A stretch of DNA of 63,598 nucleotides, filler included, from Folioceros fuciformis (Eukaryota): the NCBI GenBank assembly GCA_049999805.1. It is 11 parts of 11 records of this genome, joined end to end, with 100 filler letters (N's around TTAATTAATTAA, not from the genome) between each part and the next. Parts side by side here need not be neighbours in the genome. Positions count along the whole stretch, not along the records: positions 12,459 to 16,137 come from JBNGIO010005202.1; positions 16,238 to 22,875 come from JBNGIO010005203.1; positions 22,976 to 30,160 come from JBNGIO010005204.1; 8 more parts are not named here. One strand, 5' to 3'. The notes below the pieces were generated by a model. The model made no database searches and was not told where the DNA came from. It worked only from the letters and a program-made list of their open reading frames with translations. Positions 12,459 through 23,189 of the stretch are shown here, piece by piece. The position numbers and the translations under genes were made by a program. Within the stretch, counting starts at the first letter, position 1, and every line of letters begins with the position of its first letter.

Positions 12459-14543
12459 GGCTATAGCGAGCAGGCCAAGGCATATAAGCTATACAACCCG
12501 GAAACAGCATCTATCGTGCTTGCCAGGAGTGTTACCTTTATTGAACCACAAGCTCCTCCCTCAGCTGTTGAATTTGTACCTGCGGATCCTGTTATGGAGA
12601 CATGGACAGATGTAGCTGCAGAATACCCCTCAAATGACACCGCGTTTGTTGTCCCTGATCCTGAAGTTTTTCCAGTCCCGCCTGGTCCTGCTATTGCGGA
12701 TGACGAACCCGCGCTGGATCTACCAAATTTTGCAGCAGAGGGGGAAGGTCAGCCCCAGGATGCTATACATGTAGATGAACCGCTGTTACCTATTTTTGCT
12801 GACAATGCTACTGAAGATCCGGAAGATGAAGAAGAATCGGCTCCTGCTTTATGCCGTTCCACCCGTTATCGACCCCCACCTGAGGAATGGAATGCACCAC
12901 GATATTAGTCCATTGACTTTTGCACTCACCTTGCCATTTGCCCTCTGCTTCCCGATGAGCCAACCACTTTAACTCAAGCCTTCTCAGGCCCACAGTCCTC
13001 ACAGTGGAAGGCTGCTATCGAGGAAGAATATCAATCTCTTATGAAGAATAAAACATGGCAGCTTTCAGACCTCCCATTAGGACGCAAGGCTATTTCCTGC
13101 AAATGGGTATTCAAGCTTAAGCTAAACGCCAAGGGTGAGGTAGCATGATACAAGGCTAGGCTAGTAGCTCGTGGTTTCACACAGGTTGAGGGTATTGACT
13201 ATCAAGAAACTTTCTCACCTGTTGTGAGGACCCAGTCGATTCGTATCCTCCTAGCTTATGCCACGGAGCATGATTTGGACCTCCAGCAGATGGACGTCTG
13301 CACGGCCTTCTTGTACGGTGCTCTCGATGAAGAGCTGTATATGCATCAGCCTGAAGGCTATGAAGACCCTGCACATCAACACAAAGTGCTGAAGCTTTTG
13401 AAGTGTATTTATGGCCTTAAGCAGAGCGGGCGAGTATGGTACATAACCATGCACTTATATCTGCTAAGCATTAAATTTGTTCAAAGCCATGCTGACACCA
13501 ATGTCTATAAGCTTACCCAAGGATCTTCCATTGTCCTTCTGGCTCTTTATGTTGACGATGTAATCTTTGCCACGAACGATCAGAAGTTGTTGTTAGTTGT
13601 CAAGGAACAGCTGAGCAACAGATTCGACATGAAGGATATTGGCGAGCTCAAGTTTTGTCTTGGCATACAATTGTTGCGAGTTCGAGATAAGGGCCTGATG
13701 ATCATTCACCAGTACAAGTACGTTAATGAAATCTTGAGGAAGTTCAACCTCGATCAGGCCAGACCTGCAACCACCCCTTATGCCATAGGAACAAAACTTA
13801 CACGTTCACAATGCCCCCAGACAGAAGAAGAAATCAAAGACATGCAAGACATACCTTACAGGCACGCAGTTGGCAGTCTTCTATTCGTAGCAAATTGGAC
13901 AAGACCTGATATCCAGTATGCGGTATGTACAGCTTCCCAATACCTCGAGAACCCCAGGAGAGCTCATTGGACAGCTGTAAAGAGGGTGTTTCGCTACCTG
14001 AAGGGCACAGTCAAATATGGACTCATCTACAGACGTAGTGGTGAATGCAAGCTTACCCTTACTGGCTTCATAGATGCGGACTAGGGTTCAGATTCAGACT
14101 CAAGGCAGAGCCTTTCGACATACTGTTTTCTCCTTGCCTCAGCCGCTGTGAATTGGAGCAGCAAAAAACAGCCTATGATAGCTTTAAGCTCAACAGAGGC
14201 TGAGTACAAGTCCATGACTGAAGCTGCTAAGGAGGCAGAATGGGAACGAAGCTTCCTTGCTGACCTCGGACATGTTCAGCACAATCCAACCTTGGTACTC
14301 TGCGACAATACAGGTGCTCTTGAATTAGTGGCCAAGCCCACTTTCCATGCACGTACTAAGCACATTGAGGTGCAGCATCATTACATACGTGATGTTGTAG
14401 CTCGTGGAGTTATCAAGGTTGATTACATAAATACAGACGATAACACAGCTGATATTTTGACAAAGGGCCTACCTAAGAACAAACACTATCCCCACATGGA
14501 GGGATTAGGCCTACATGACTTCACAGTCCATTTTGATCAGTGA
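12459..14543 (+). pseudogene. pol: Ty1/copia pol 3' half (post-integrase SH3-like region, RT, RNase H)
   Basis: GYSEQAKAYKLY, KARLVARGF, MDVCTAFLYG, YVDDV, NWTRPD, SSTEAEY, ADILTK; stops at ~12906, ~13147 and 14082. Confidence 0.95.
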
Positions 14544-14762
14544 CTTATCTGGCAGAAAAAAAGGGGGGGGGGCTCTCGTGGATGCAGACGGATGTGGCGC
14601 ACAGTTGTTTTATGGCACGGTACCACTACCCTCTGGTCCAGCAGACCTTCTTCCCAGTCTGTCACAGGTAAATGAAGAAGTCAGCAGGAAAGAAACCCTG
14701 GGGCCAGGCTATGTGGACGAAGCTTATTGGAAAAACTAATCACCTAGCAGTGGCTCCTCTCG

Positions 14763-15164
14763 TCAAACCTCTTCCTCTTCAACTTCCCTGGGCATCACGT
14801 CCTTGATCCTTCCAAGCAATTTCACAGTTTCCTCTAGCTGCTGAATGAGGGTTTGCCTCCCAGCTTCCCCAACAGCTTCTGGAGGAAGGTAAGCTTGACC
14901 CTTTCCAGTTCTCACAACTCCGAAGATCAGGCTCACACTCAGCTCAAGATTGAAGGCCCCTATGTGGACTCTTTGCCCCCATCCAGTCTTGTAATCCCAG
15001 TCCCAGCCGCGGGCAGCATCCTCTTTCCTTTCCGCGGCTGAGATAGAAGAATCGGGCAAGTCCTTGGACGGGTCCTTCTTAGCGGCTCCGGCAGACCTTC
15101 GTGCTACTTCTCGCTTACTCAGAGTCCCCACACGCTGATAGCACTTCCCACTGCGAGTTCTCAT
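14763..15164 (-). CDS. Putative antisense accessory ORF (133 aa, MRTRSGK...) in the copia 3' region
   Basis: Uninterrupted ATG-started ORF between pol stop and PPT; basic N-terminus, acidic C-terminus; no recognised homologue. Confidence 0.4.
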   Translation of the reverse strand: MRTRSGKCYQRVGTLSKREVARRSAGAAKKDPSKDLPDSSISAAERKEDAARGWDWDYKTGWGQRVHIGAFNLELSVSLIFGVVRTGKGQAYLPPEAVGEAGRQTLIQQLEETVKLLGRIKDVMPREVEEEEV

Positions 15165-15462
15165 GGTGGCTAAGCTGAATAGGTTTGCAAGCAAGAAGAT
15201 GACCAGCTCGATTCATGTCACAGCTGTAGCAAGGGTGAGCGTCATCTTTGAGAAGTGCGCTTTTGATGCGCTCCCCGATCTGTGCCACCAGTGTACGCTC
15301 CTAGTGTAAGCTGGACTTAGCTGGCTTAGGATGGGGCGTGCTCGGTGCTCGGGTATAAAGGCTCGTGATGATTCCAGCTGCTGCCGACTTCTCGTGTCTG
15401 GGTGCCCCAAGCAGGGGTTTTCTATTGTTTAAGGACAATCAATGGTTAAGTTTAAGAGGGGG

Positions 15463-15640
15463 TGTTAGATAAAGATATACATATATAGGTGATATATATA
15501 TATTGTATTAAACATTAACCTATAGATTAGGTCAAGTAGACTGTGCTCGTTTAGGTTAATGGAGGTGACCTTTAGCCAAGCGTTACCTAGAATGGTATTA
15601 AGACTTTCTTGTTGACATTTGTTGTTTAATTTATCTACCA
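15463..15640 (+). mobile_element. 3' LTR (178 bp) of the copia at 12459-14543
   Basis: Preceded by PPT AAGAGGGGG (15454-15462); termini TGTTAGATAAA...TTTATCTACCA form a 10/11 inverted repeat. Confidence 0.85.
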
Positions 15641-16087
15641 AGAGATTAAGCAAGTATGCTCGCTTCCACTCGACAATTTACAAGTATCCGTCTGTCTGTG
15701 GGAAGATCCTGCTCCACTAAACCCTGATTTATGCATGTGCTTTCTGTTAGCCTCCGCTTGTAGCAAAGCTCCAACTAACCTTTGCACTGTCATGTTTGTT
15801 GTTGCAAGTGTACTGGTAGTTGCTGGTACAACTATTCTTGTAGCCTGTTGGCTAGAACTCCATTGTTCATAACTTGGTGGTAAGGATGCCAGTAACTGAA
15901 TGGCTGCCCTGGACTCAGAAATTACAACACCACACGAAGCAAGCTTAGCTCTTGCACCTCGAAACCTGGCAACATGTGCTTCGACAAAATCAGTCTCTCT
16001 CATGCGCAAGTTTTGAAAGTTAAGTGTTGCTGCAACCTCCGTCATCACATCCTTAGCTTTGTAGGTGTCTGAAAATAATGACCACAC
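15641..16087 (-). pseudogene. gag: Copia gag fragment (UBN2/Retrotran_gag_2-like), insertion target of the upstream element
   Basis: FQNLRMRETDFVEAHVARFR...LLASLPPSY; similar to the gag at 31271-31951. Confidence 0.85.
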
Positions 16088-16137
16088 TTCATGTTAGTAT
16101 AGGCGTGTCTAACCCTAACATAGGTTAGACATACAGG

Positions 16138-16237
16138 NNNNNNNNNNNNNNNNNNNNNNNNNNNNNNNNNNNNNNNNNNNNTTAATTAATTAANNNNNNN
16201 NNNNNNNNNNNNNNNNNNNNNNNNNNNNNNNNNNNNN
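16138..16237. other. Artificial contig spacer
   Basis: N44-TTAATTAATTAA-N44. Confidence 0.98.
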
Positions 16238-16810
16238 GCAAGGCGAGAGTGAAAGTAGAAGAGATATTTTTATTTCAGACCATGTGGTCTCTTATAGTAC
16301 GTTAACGGTTACGTCCTGTGAATGTAGAGGCACGACGTTTGAGTTTGGGACGCCAACCCTTGTGTGTGACGTTGCAAATCCACTTAGTATTTAATTAGGC
16401 CTATTTACTATAAATGCTGGATATATAATATGAATAAACCTATTTTATCCTACCAATAGAGGTTAGCTAGGGCACTATCAAGCGAAGACACCGTCCCTCC
16501 ATGAAAGGACTCGACCTGGACCTCGCTAGCTCTGGATACCAACTGATTGTCCTGAAACTCCTGTCCATACCTACCACCCCCTGCAAACCCCACACGTAGG
16601 TCCTCTTCATCCCTAGCTATAGAAGCCAAGCCAAAGGCACCTTGGGCGCCTTTGCAGAACATGTCCCCTAAGCCTGGCAGCCTCCACCCTGCTCCCGCCC
16701 CACCTCCAGGGATGGGGAGGCTTCGTACTGTGAGCATACCCCTGAGGGGTCCATATCAACATCTTGTCCAGATTGTGGGCCAGCTTCCACCCGAGAAACC
16801 ACGTTGTTCT

Positions 16811-17030
16811 TGTAGCAGGACAAGAATCCCTTGGAATTGATTATTTGAGCATTAATGATACGACTTAATACAAAGTGTATTTAGTTATAACCGTGATTGA
16901 TAGGTTAGTAACTTGAGTAACCTACTTAACTGTTCAAACCTCTAAGCTGTATTTAACTAGTGAGTTTATGAAACGTGCCCTAATTCGGTAACGGGTATCA
17001 CGCAGCACTTAAACCTAGTTTTCTCCGACA
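16811..17030 (-). mobile_element. 3' LTR (~220 bp) of copia element A
   Basis: PPT-like GAGCAGGAG (minus, 17031-17039) then TG; the far end TGTAGCAGGACAAGAAT resembles TGTGGCGAGAGAAAAGAAT of the LTR at 21007; both contain CGTGCCCTAA. Confidence 0.7.
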
Positions 17031-17083
17031 CTCCTGCTCGCTGCTGATCCTGGATCTGAAGTGCACTTGTCGACTATCTAGCC

Positions 17084-17314
17084 ATGTCTTCAGTCTTGCA
17101 TGCGCTAATGCAGATGACACTGAGCCTTTTCTCTAGTGTATGGTGGCTACTTCAGCTCGTGTCCGGCCCAGTTGTTTGTGTCATGGAGCGGGTTGCGAGA
17201 CTCAAACGAGCTGGAGTGCCCAAGTACGGACCTGGGGAAAAGGAGAAGTCTTCGCGTGCAGGCTACGCTGAGCGATCTTTGCAGGTGGATTGCAACTCAT
17301 TTAACATGGAATAG
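17084..17314 (+). CDS. Antisense accessory ORF of copia element A (76 aa, hydrophobic N-terminus)
   Basis: ATG 54 bp from the LTR edge; gapless homology to 21273-21533 (WWLLQL motif). Confidence 0.6.
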   Translation: MSSVLHALMQMTLSLFSSVWWLLQLVSGPVVCVMERVARLKRAGVPKYGPGEKEKSSRAGYAERSLQVDCNSFNME

Positions 17315-17391
17315 TTTGTGAGGGCTGCTTTTGGGCCTCTACCTGAAGATGAGGAGAAAGTTCTTTGTGGCTGCAGTTCTGGAGCTCCCCC

Positions 17392-20300
17392 TTAAGACAA
17401 GCTTGGGATCTGAGCTCCGGACTTGTCCAGGTGACCTTCCTTTGTGATGAGCTTGATGCTTCTTACATGCTTCTCATGCAGTGCCTTGCTGAGTCCCTTT
17501 GTAAGAAGGTTGGCTGTGTTGTCTGAGGTGTTGATGTACTGTAACAGGACTTGCTTACTAGCTACCACTTCTCTTATGAAGTGGTGTTGGATCTCCACAT
17601 GTTTCGTCCTCGCGTGCAGGATGGGATTGTGCGTCATTGCTATGGCCGATTGGTTGTCGCAAAGTAGTGTTGTTGGCTCACTTTGGTTCTCGTTGATATC
17701 TTGCCGAAACTGGCATATCCACAGGATTTCCTTGGCTGCGAGTGAAGTTGCTGTGTATTCTGCTTCTGTGCTTGCTAAGCACATTGTCTGCATTTTCTTG
17801 CAGCTCCAAGAGACTGTCGAGTTGTTGATGCTCATACAATATGCAGCTGTCGACTTCCTTGCATTTGGGTCACCTACCTAGTCTACGTCAGAGTGAGATA
17901 GGAGTGTGAGCTTGGTAGGTATTCCTCTGTACAGCAGTCCTAGGGATCTTGTTCCCTTGAGGTAGCGGAACACTCGTTTTACGCAAGTCTTGTGTGCTCT
18001 TCCTAGGTTCAAAAGGTATGTTAATGCTATGTTTACTGCTTGGGATATGTCGGGTCTGGTCCATATGGATAGGTACAGCAGGCTTCCGACTGCCTCGTTG
18101 TATGGGACTTGCTGCATCTCTCTTGTTTCTTCAGGTGTGCTGGGGCAGTCCTCTGCTGATATCTTCTCTCCAGTGGCTATTGGAGTCGAGATTGGTTTCA
18201 CGTCTTTGAGTTTGAACCTCTCAAGTAACTGATCCACGTAGTGTTCCTGGTGGATGAAGTAGGAACTGTCTGCAAGGTTGTGTTCGAACTAGACACCTAG
18301 GGCATAGCGCAGGGGACCTATATTTGCTACCTCGTATTCTTTTGACAGCAAATCTTTAGCATATTGTACAGATGACATACTGTCACCGAAGATGAAGTTG
18401 TCATCCACATACAGAGTGATGACAATCAACTTACTTGCTTCTCTGAACAGGTATACACTAGGGTTAGAGGTGCAAAACCACATTTTTTAAGGTATGAGTC
18501 CACTGTTTCATTCCATACCTAAGCAGATTGCTTGAGCCCGTCGAGGGACTTCAACAGTTTACATACCATTTGTGAGTCCTTCACGAATGCCAATGGTTGC
18601 AGCATATATATGTCTTTGCTGAGTGTGCCGTAAAGGAAAGCGGTTTTGATATCAACTTGGTGTACTTGTAGGTGATGGTGTGCTGCAAAGGCGAGAAGAA
18701 TTCTAATGGAGGTCGACTTCACTACTGGACTAAAAAGTCTGGTTTCCTCGTAGTCGAAGCCGGGGATCAGCATGAAACCTCTTGCAATGAGTCTGGCCTT
18801 ATGTTTTGCTATTGTTCCGTTTGGATTCAATTTGCGCTTGAATGTCCACTTGCAAGAGATAGGTTTTCTTCCTTTCGGTAAGTCCACCAATTTTCAAGTT
18901 TTGTTGCTCATTAGGGAGTCATACTCTGATTGTACTATAGCTGTCATTGATCAAGCAAGTGCCTCGTCTATGGATAGGGGTACTCCCTGCATTTCAATGG
19001 CTGATAGTGCCTGGTGTGCAGCATCTTCCAAGTGGTCGGTGTGAGGTTGAGAGATGGGGGATGCCTGGCACTCCATGCGACCTGTGAGCGTATCACCAAG
19101 AGTGTATGGTGGCTCTTTCCATTCACTTCGTGTAGGTTTGTTTCTGGTGGACCTCCTGATAGCTTCTGGAGGTGCAGGCAAAGTGGGTTCGGGATGGTAC
19201 ACTTGGGGTATTATTTCCGTGATTGTAACCTCTGGGGTTTGAGAGTCTGGAGATGACGTGGAGTGAGGGAGGTATGGTTGCTGCTGTATAGGCTGCTGAG
19301 CTAGTGGTTGTTGGGTTGGTGGTGTAGGTTGCGGAAGTGCTTTTTGCTGGATCGCCTTTTGAGTTTGCAGTGAGGTGATGTTATCATCGTAGTCTGTGGC
19401 CACTTCAAACTCAAGGGGGGATTCGGTGGTAGAATGGCCAAAAATGCTAGGTGCAAGCAAAGGAGTGGAAGTGAGGGAGGACTGGAGGAGTGTGTTGAGG
19501 AGATGGGCTTCGTGGAAATGAACATTGCGAGAATCAATTACTTCTTGGGAGTGGGGATCAAAGAGCCGATAGGCTTTGACTTGGTCAGAGTATCCTATGA
19601 ACAACATCTTGCGACCTATATCATCCCACTTCCTTTGGGTTTCTGCAGCAATATGGGCGAAGGCAGGACTACCGAAAATACGGAGGTGGGATACCCTAGG
19701 TTTGTGGCCGCTCCACTTCTCGAATGGAGTAGTGCTGGGGAGTTCCTTAGTTGGAAGCTTGTTTTTCAGGTAGGTGGAAGTGGACACGGCTTCGGCCTAG
19801 TATGCTTTTGTTAAGCCTGCGAGTTTGAGGAGAGACCTCGAGATTTCCAACAAGGAACGATTCAGTCGATCAGCGAAAGGGTTCTGTGAGGGAGTGTAAG
19901 GTACCGTGTACTGTCGTTGAATACCCTTAGTGCGGCAGAATCTTTGGAAGGCATGGCTGATGTACTCACCCCCGTTGTCTGTTCGCAGGGTGGTAACTTG
20001 AAAACCTGTTTGCCGCTCGGCAGTGAGAAGAAAGTCTTGGAAACATGAGAGGGCCTCGTCCTTTTGCTTCAGGAAGTAGACGTGGCAATATCCGCTCCAT
20101 TCGTCCTGGAAGGTAATGAAATAGTTGTGGCCTCCAAAGGAGTCGGTGCTCATAGTTCCACATATATCGGAGTGAATTGTCTCAAGCAGTCGTCTGGCAT
20201 GGGTAGGAGAAGGGTCTTTGAAAGGTGATTGGTTTAACTTGGTATACTGACATATCTCGTAGAAGAAGTCCTTGTGAACTTTGAGCTTGACAGGATCCTT

Positions 20301-21006
20301 ACCTTATACATGGTGGGGTTTGCAAGCATGTTAAGGTATCTGGAGTTCATATGGCCTGCACGGCAATGCCATAACAAGGACTCGTTTGAGGATGTTGGTG
20401 GACTGCTATCTACCAGGAGTGATGTGGATTGGATGTTCAGGAGGTAAAGATCATTGAAGGGAAGTCCATGAGCTAGAGCTATTTTGTCGGGGTCTTTGCT
20501 GTGACAGATGGTGTAGTGGTTTCCTTGGAACGTGATGGTGAGGTCATGTTCTGTGGCTAACTTACAGACTGACAGCAAGTTCTTGGTCATTGCAAGTATG
20601 TGGAGGACTCCGTTCATGGTGAGGAGCTCTCCAGTAGAAAGACGCAGTTGGACTTCTCCTGAACCCTGACTGGGTAGTGCACTATCGTTTCCTAAGAGGA
20701 GGTGTTGGTCGGAGAGGACTGGGTGGTAGGAGGTAAACATGTCTTGACAACTACATATATGTGTGGTGGCTCCGGAGTCTAAGAACCAACGACAGGTGTC
20801 TATTTTGGTAAGGGTGAGGCAGACTGCTAAGATAGAACTAGCTGATGACGACCTGGTAGTTGTGGTAAGGTGAGACTCATTTCTGGGAGCTTCTCTGCGT
20901 GGCTCGCCTACCTGCTTCTTTCGGCATTCACTTTCATAGTGACCGAGATATTTGCACCAATTACATGCTCCTTTGGCTGATCCCTGTCGAATGATCTTTA
21001 GAAACA
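17392..21006 (-). mobile_element. Degenerate Ty1/copia element A (zinc knuckle, protease, GAG-pre-integrase, integrase, RT, RNase H)
   Basis: CNWCKYLGHYESEC, WFLDSGATTH, LWHCRAGH, LRTDNGGEY, YVDDN, IWTRPD, CDNQSAI; many stops. Confidence 0.95.
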
Positions 21007-21219
21007 TGTGGCGAGAGAAAAGAATAATTATTATTGTTGAGGGCTTGTCTTAAGTAGCTCTAGTTTGCCGTCGCAGTTGGATCACCTAAACTGCTTAATT
21101 GTTTTGGTCGTTTTAACTATATCTAATAGCTGCTGGAGTTAGTCGTATAACTCTAAACTGAACCGTGCCCTAAACTTCTCTTGCTCCTTTCTGTCGGCGT
21201 TGCCAGAGTGGTAACAACA
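21007..21219 (-). mobile_element. 3' LTR (~213 bp) of copia element B, interrupting the gag of element A
   Basis: PPT GAGGGGGAG (minus, 21220-21228) then TGTTGTTAC; ends ...CCACA at 21007. Confidence 0.8.
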
Positions 21220-21272
21220 CTCCCCCTCGCCACGCACAAGGAGTGTGAAGGAAAACGATCAGTCTCGGCTAG

Positions 21273-21533
21273 ATGTCTTGCTTGGTGCATGCCTGCGTAT
21301 AGCTCCTTCTGTGTATTCTTTATGGCATGTGGTGGCTACTTCAGCTCACGAGTTGCATCATCCAGCTCGTATGTGAGGGAGTGGAGAGTCTCGAGCAGGC
21401 TGGAGCCACACAACCCAAGGTGGCGAAGGGGAGGTGCAGAGATGCTGCTGTTGTTGTTTGTGTGCGGAAGGATGAGGGCGTGAGTGCTGAAAGGTTTAGG
21501 ACTGCGACTAGGCTGCCTCTACCGGACAACTGA
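21273..21533 (+). pseudogene. Antisense accessory ORF of copia element B (one TAG at codon 10)
   Basis: MSCLVHACV*LLLCILYGMWWLLQLTS...; ATG 54 bp from the LTR; homologous to 17084-17314. Confidence 0.6.
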
Positions 21534-21569
21534 TCAATGTTCGTCTGATGGTGCTACTATTGCGGGTGC

Positions 21570-22865
21570 TCACCCTGTCTCTGGCTGCTCGACTGCCTTG
21601 AGATAAGTCTCTCTCTTGTGTAGGCCGATGCCTTGGACGTGCTTGAGATGGAGTTGCTTTGTGAGTCCTTTTGTCAAGAGGTCGGTTGTGTTATCGGCTG
21701 TGCTCACGTACTTGAGCTTTACGTGCTTGTTAGCCACCACTTGTTGGATGAAGTGGTGCTGGATCTCCACATGCTTTGTTCTTGCGTGCAGGATAGGGTT
21801 CAAGGTCATAGCGATTGTTGACTGGTTATCGCTGCAGGACACGTTCGCCATTTCTTCTGCTTGCACGGGTGTTGTAGGACTGTCTAGGGCTAACACCTTC
21901 TGCCCCGTGGCCATGGGAGTGGATACTGGCTTTGCGTCTTGCAGGTTGAATCTGGTGAGAAGTTGCTCGAAGTAGTGTTCATGATGTATGAAGAAGGAGT
22001 ACTCGTCTGTGTTCCTTTCGAACTGGACTCCAAGGGCGTACCTCAAGGTGCCCATGTCGGCCACCTCATACTCTTTGGTGAGCAGGTCTTTGACATGTTG
22101 AATCAGCTGTGGGTCAGTATCGAAGATGAAGTTGTCATCCACGTACAAGGTAACAATAACGTACTTGTTTTTGTCCTTCATTAGCATGTAGACACTTGAG
22201 TCGGCTGAGAGGGGTGTGAAGCCACATTTCTTGAGGTATATGTCGACTATCTTGTTCCAGACCTGTGCCGATTGCTTAAGGACATAGAGTGATTTTAATA
22301 GCTTGCAGACCTTTCGTTGGTCCTGGACAAATCCAGGTGGCTGCAACATGTATATTTCCTCATGTAAGGTTCCATACAAGAATGCTGTTTTGATGTCGAC
22401 CTGATGAATGCCGAGTATGTGTTGTGCAGCAAAGGCCAAGAGAATTCGAATTGATGTTGCTTTCACCACAGGGCTGAAGAGCTTGCTTTCCTCATAAACA
22501 AAACCTGGGATTTGTGTGAATCCGCGAGCTACGAGCCTTGCCTTCTGTCTTGAGACACTTCCATTGGGATTCAACTTTCTTCGGAAAGTCCATTTGCAGG
22601 AGATGGGCTTTCTGTCATATGGTAAATCAGTGAGAATCCAAGTTTTATTGGAAATGAGTGAGTCGTACTCTGATTGCACTGCTGCCTTCCATTCGGGTAT
22701 GCTTAGGGCTTCTTTGATTGTTAGGGGAACTCCCTGCATTTCGATAGCTGAGTATGCCTTGTGAATGATGGAGTGTAGCTGATCCACTTGCTCGTGTGTG
22801 TCTGTGGATGTATGCTCTGCTAAAGTTGGTGTTGAGTTATCGAGCTCTATATGAGCTAAACTCAT
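21570..22865 (-). pseudogene. pol: Copia element B RT-RNase H with an in-frame internal deletion
   Basis: Closely related to element A RT; EEMANVS joins directly to CSDNQST, losing the TRPD...STEAEY region. Confidence 0.92.
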
Positions 22866-22875
22866 GTGGTGTTAG

Positions 22876-22975
22876 NNNNNNNNNNNNNNNNNNNNNNNNN
22901 NNNNNNNNNNNNNNNNNNNTTAATTAATTAANNNNNNNNNNNNNNNNNNNNNNNNNNNNNNNNNNNNNNNNNNNN
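22876..22975. other. Artificial contig spacer
   Basis: N44-TTAATTAATTAA-N44. Confidence 0.98.
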
Positions 22976-23189
22976 CTGTTAAGAGCGTGCGGCCTTGACT
23001 GGTCCCTCCCCCCGCTGGCGCCTCACCGGGACTGTTGCTGAGGTCGAAGCGTCCAGAGGTAGCCTGCAAACAATGTAGGTGAAAAATAAGAACGAGTTGT
23101 GCAGGGTTGGAGAAGCATGCGGAGCGGGGCCGGACCATGAGGGCGGCGAGATGAAGGGAACGCCCCCTCGTGACCAGATAAGGAGATGA

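Noticed and set aside
16529-16541. Minus-strand TGGTATCCAGAGC, PBS-like, 2 nt after CA
   Set aside because: Has a 1-nt insertion relative to the Met-i PBS, and no gag or matching LTR could be tied to it.
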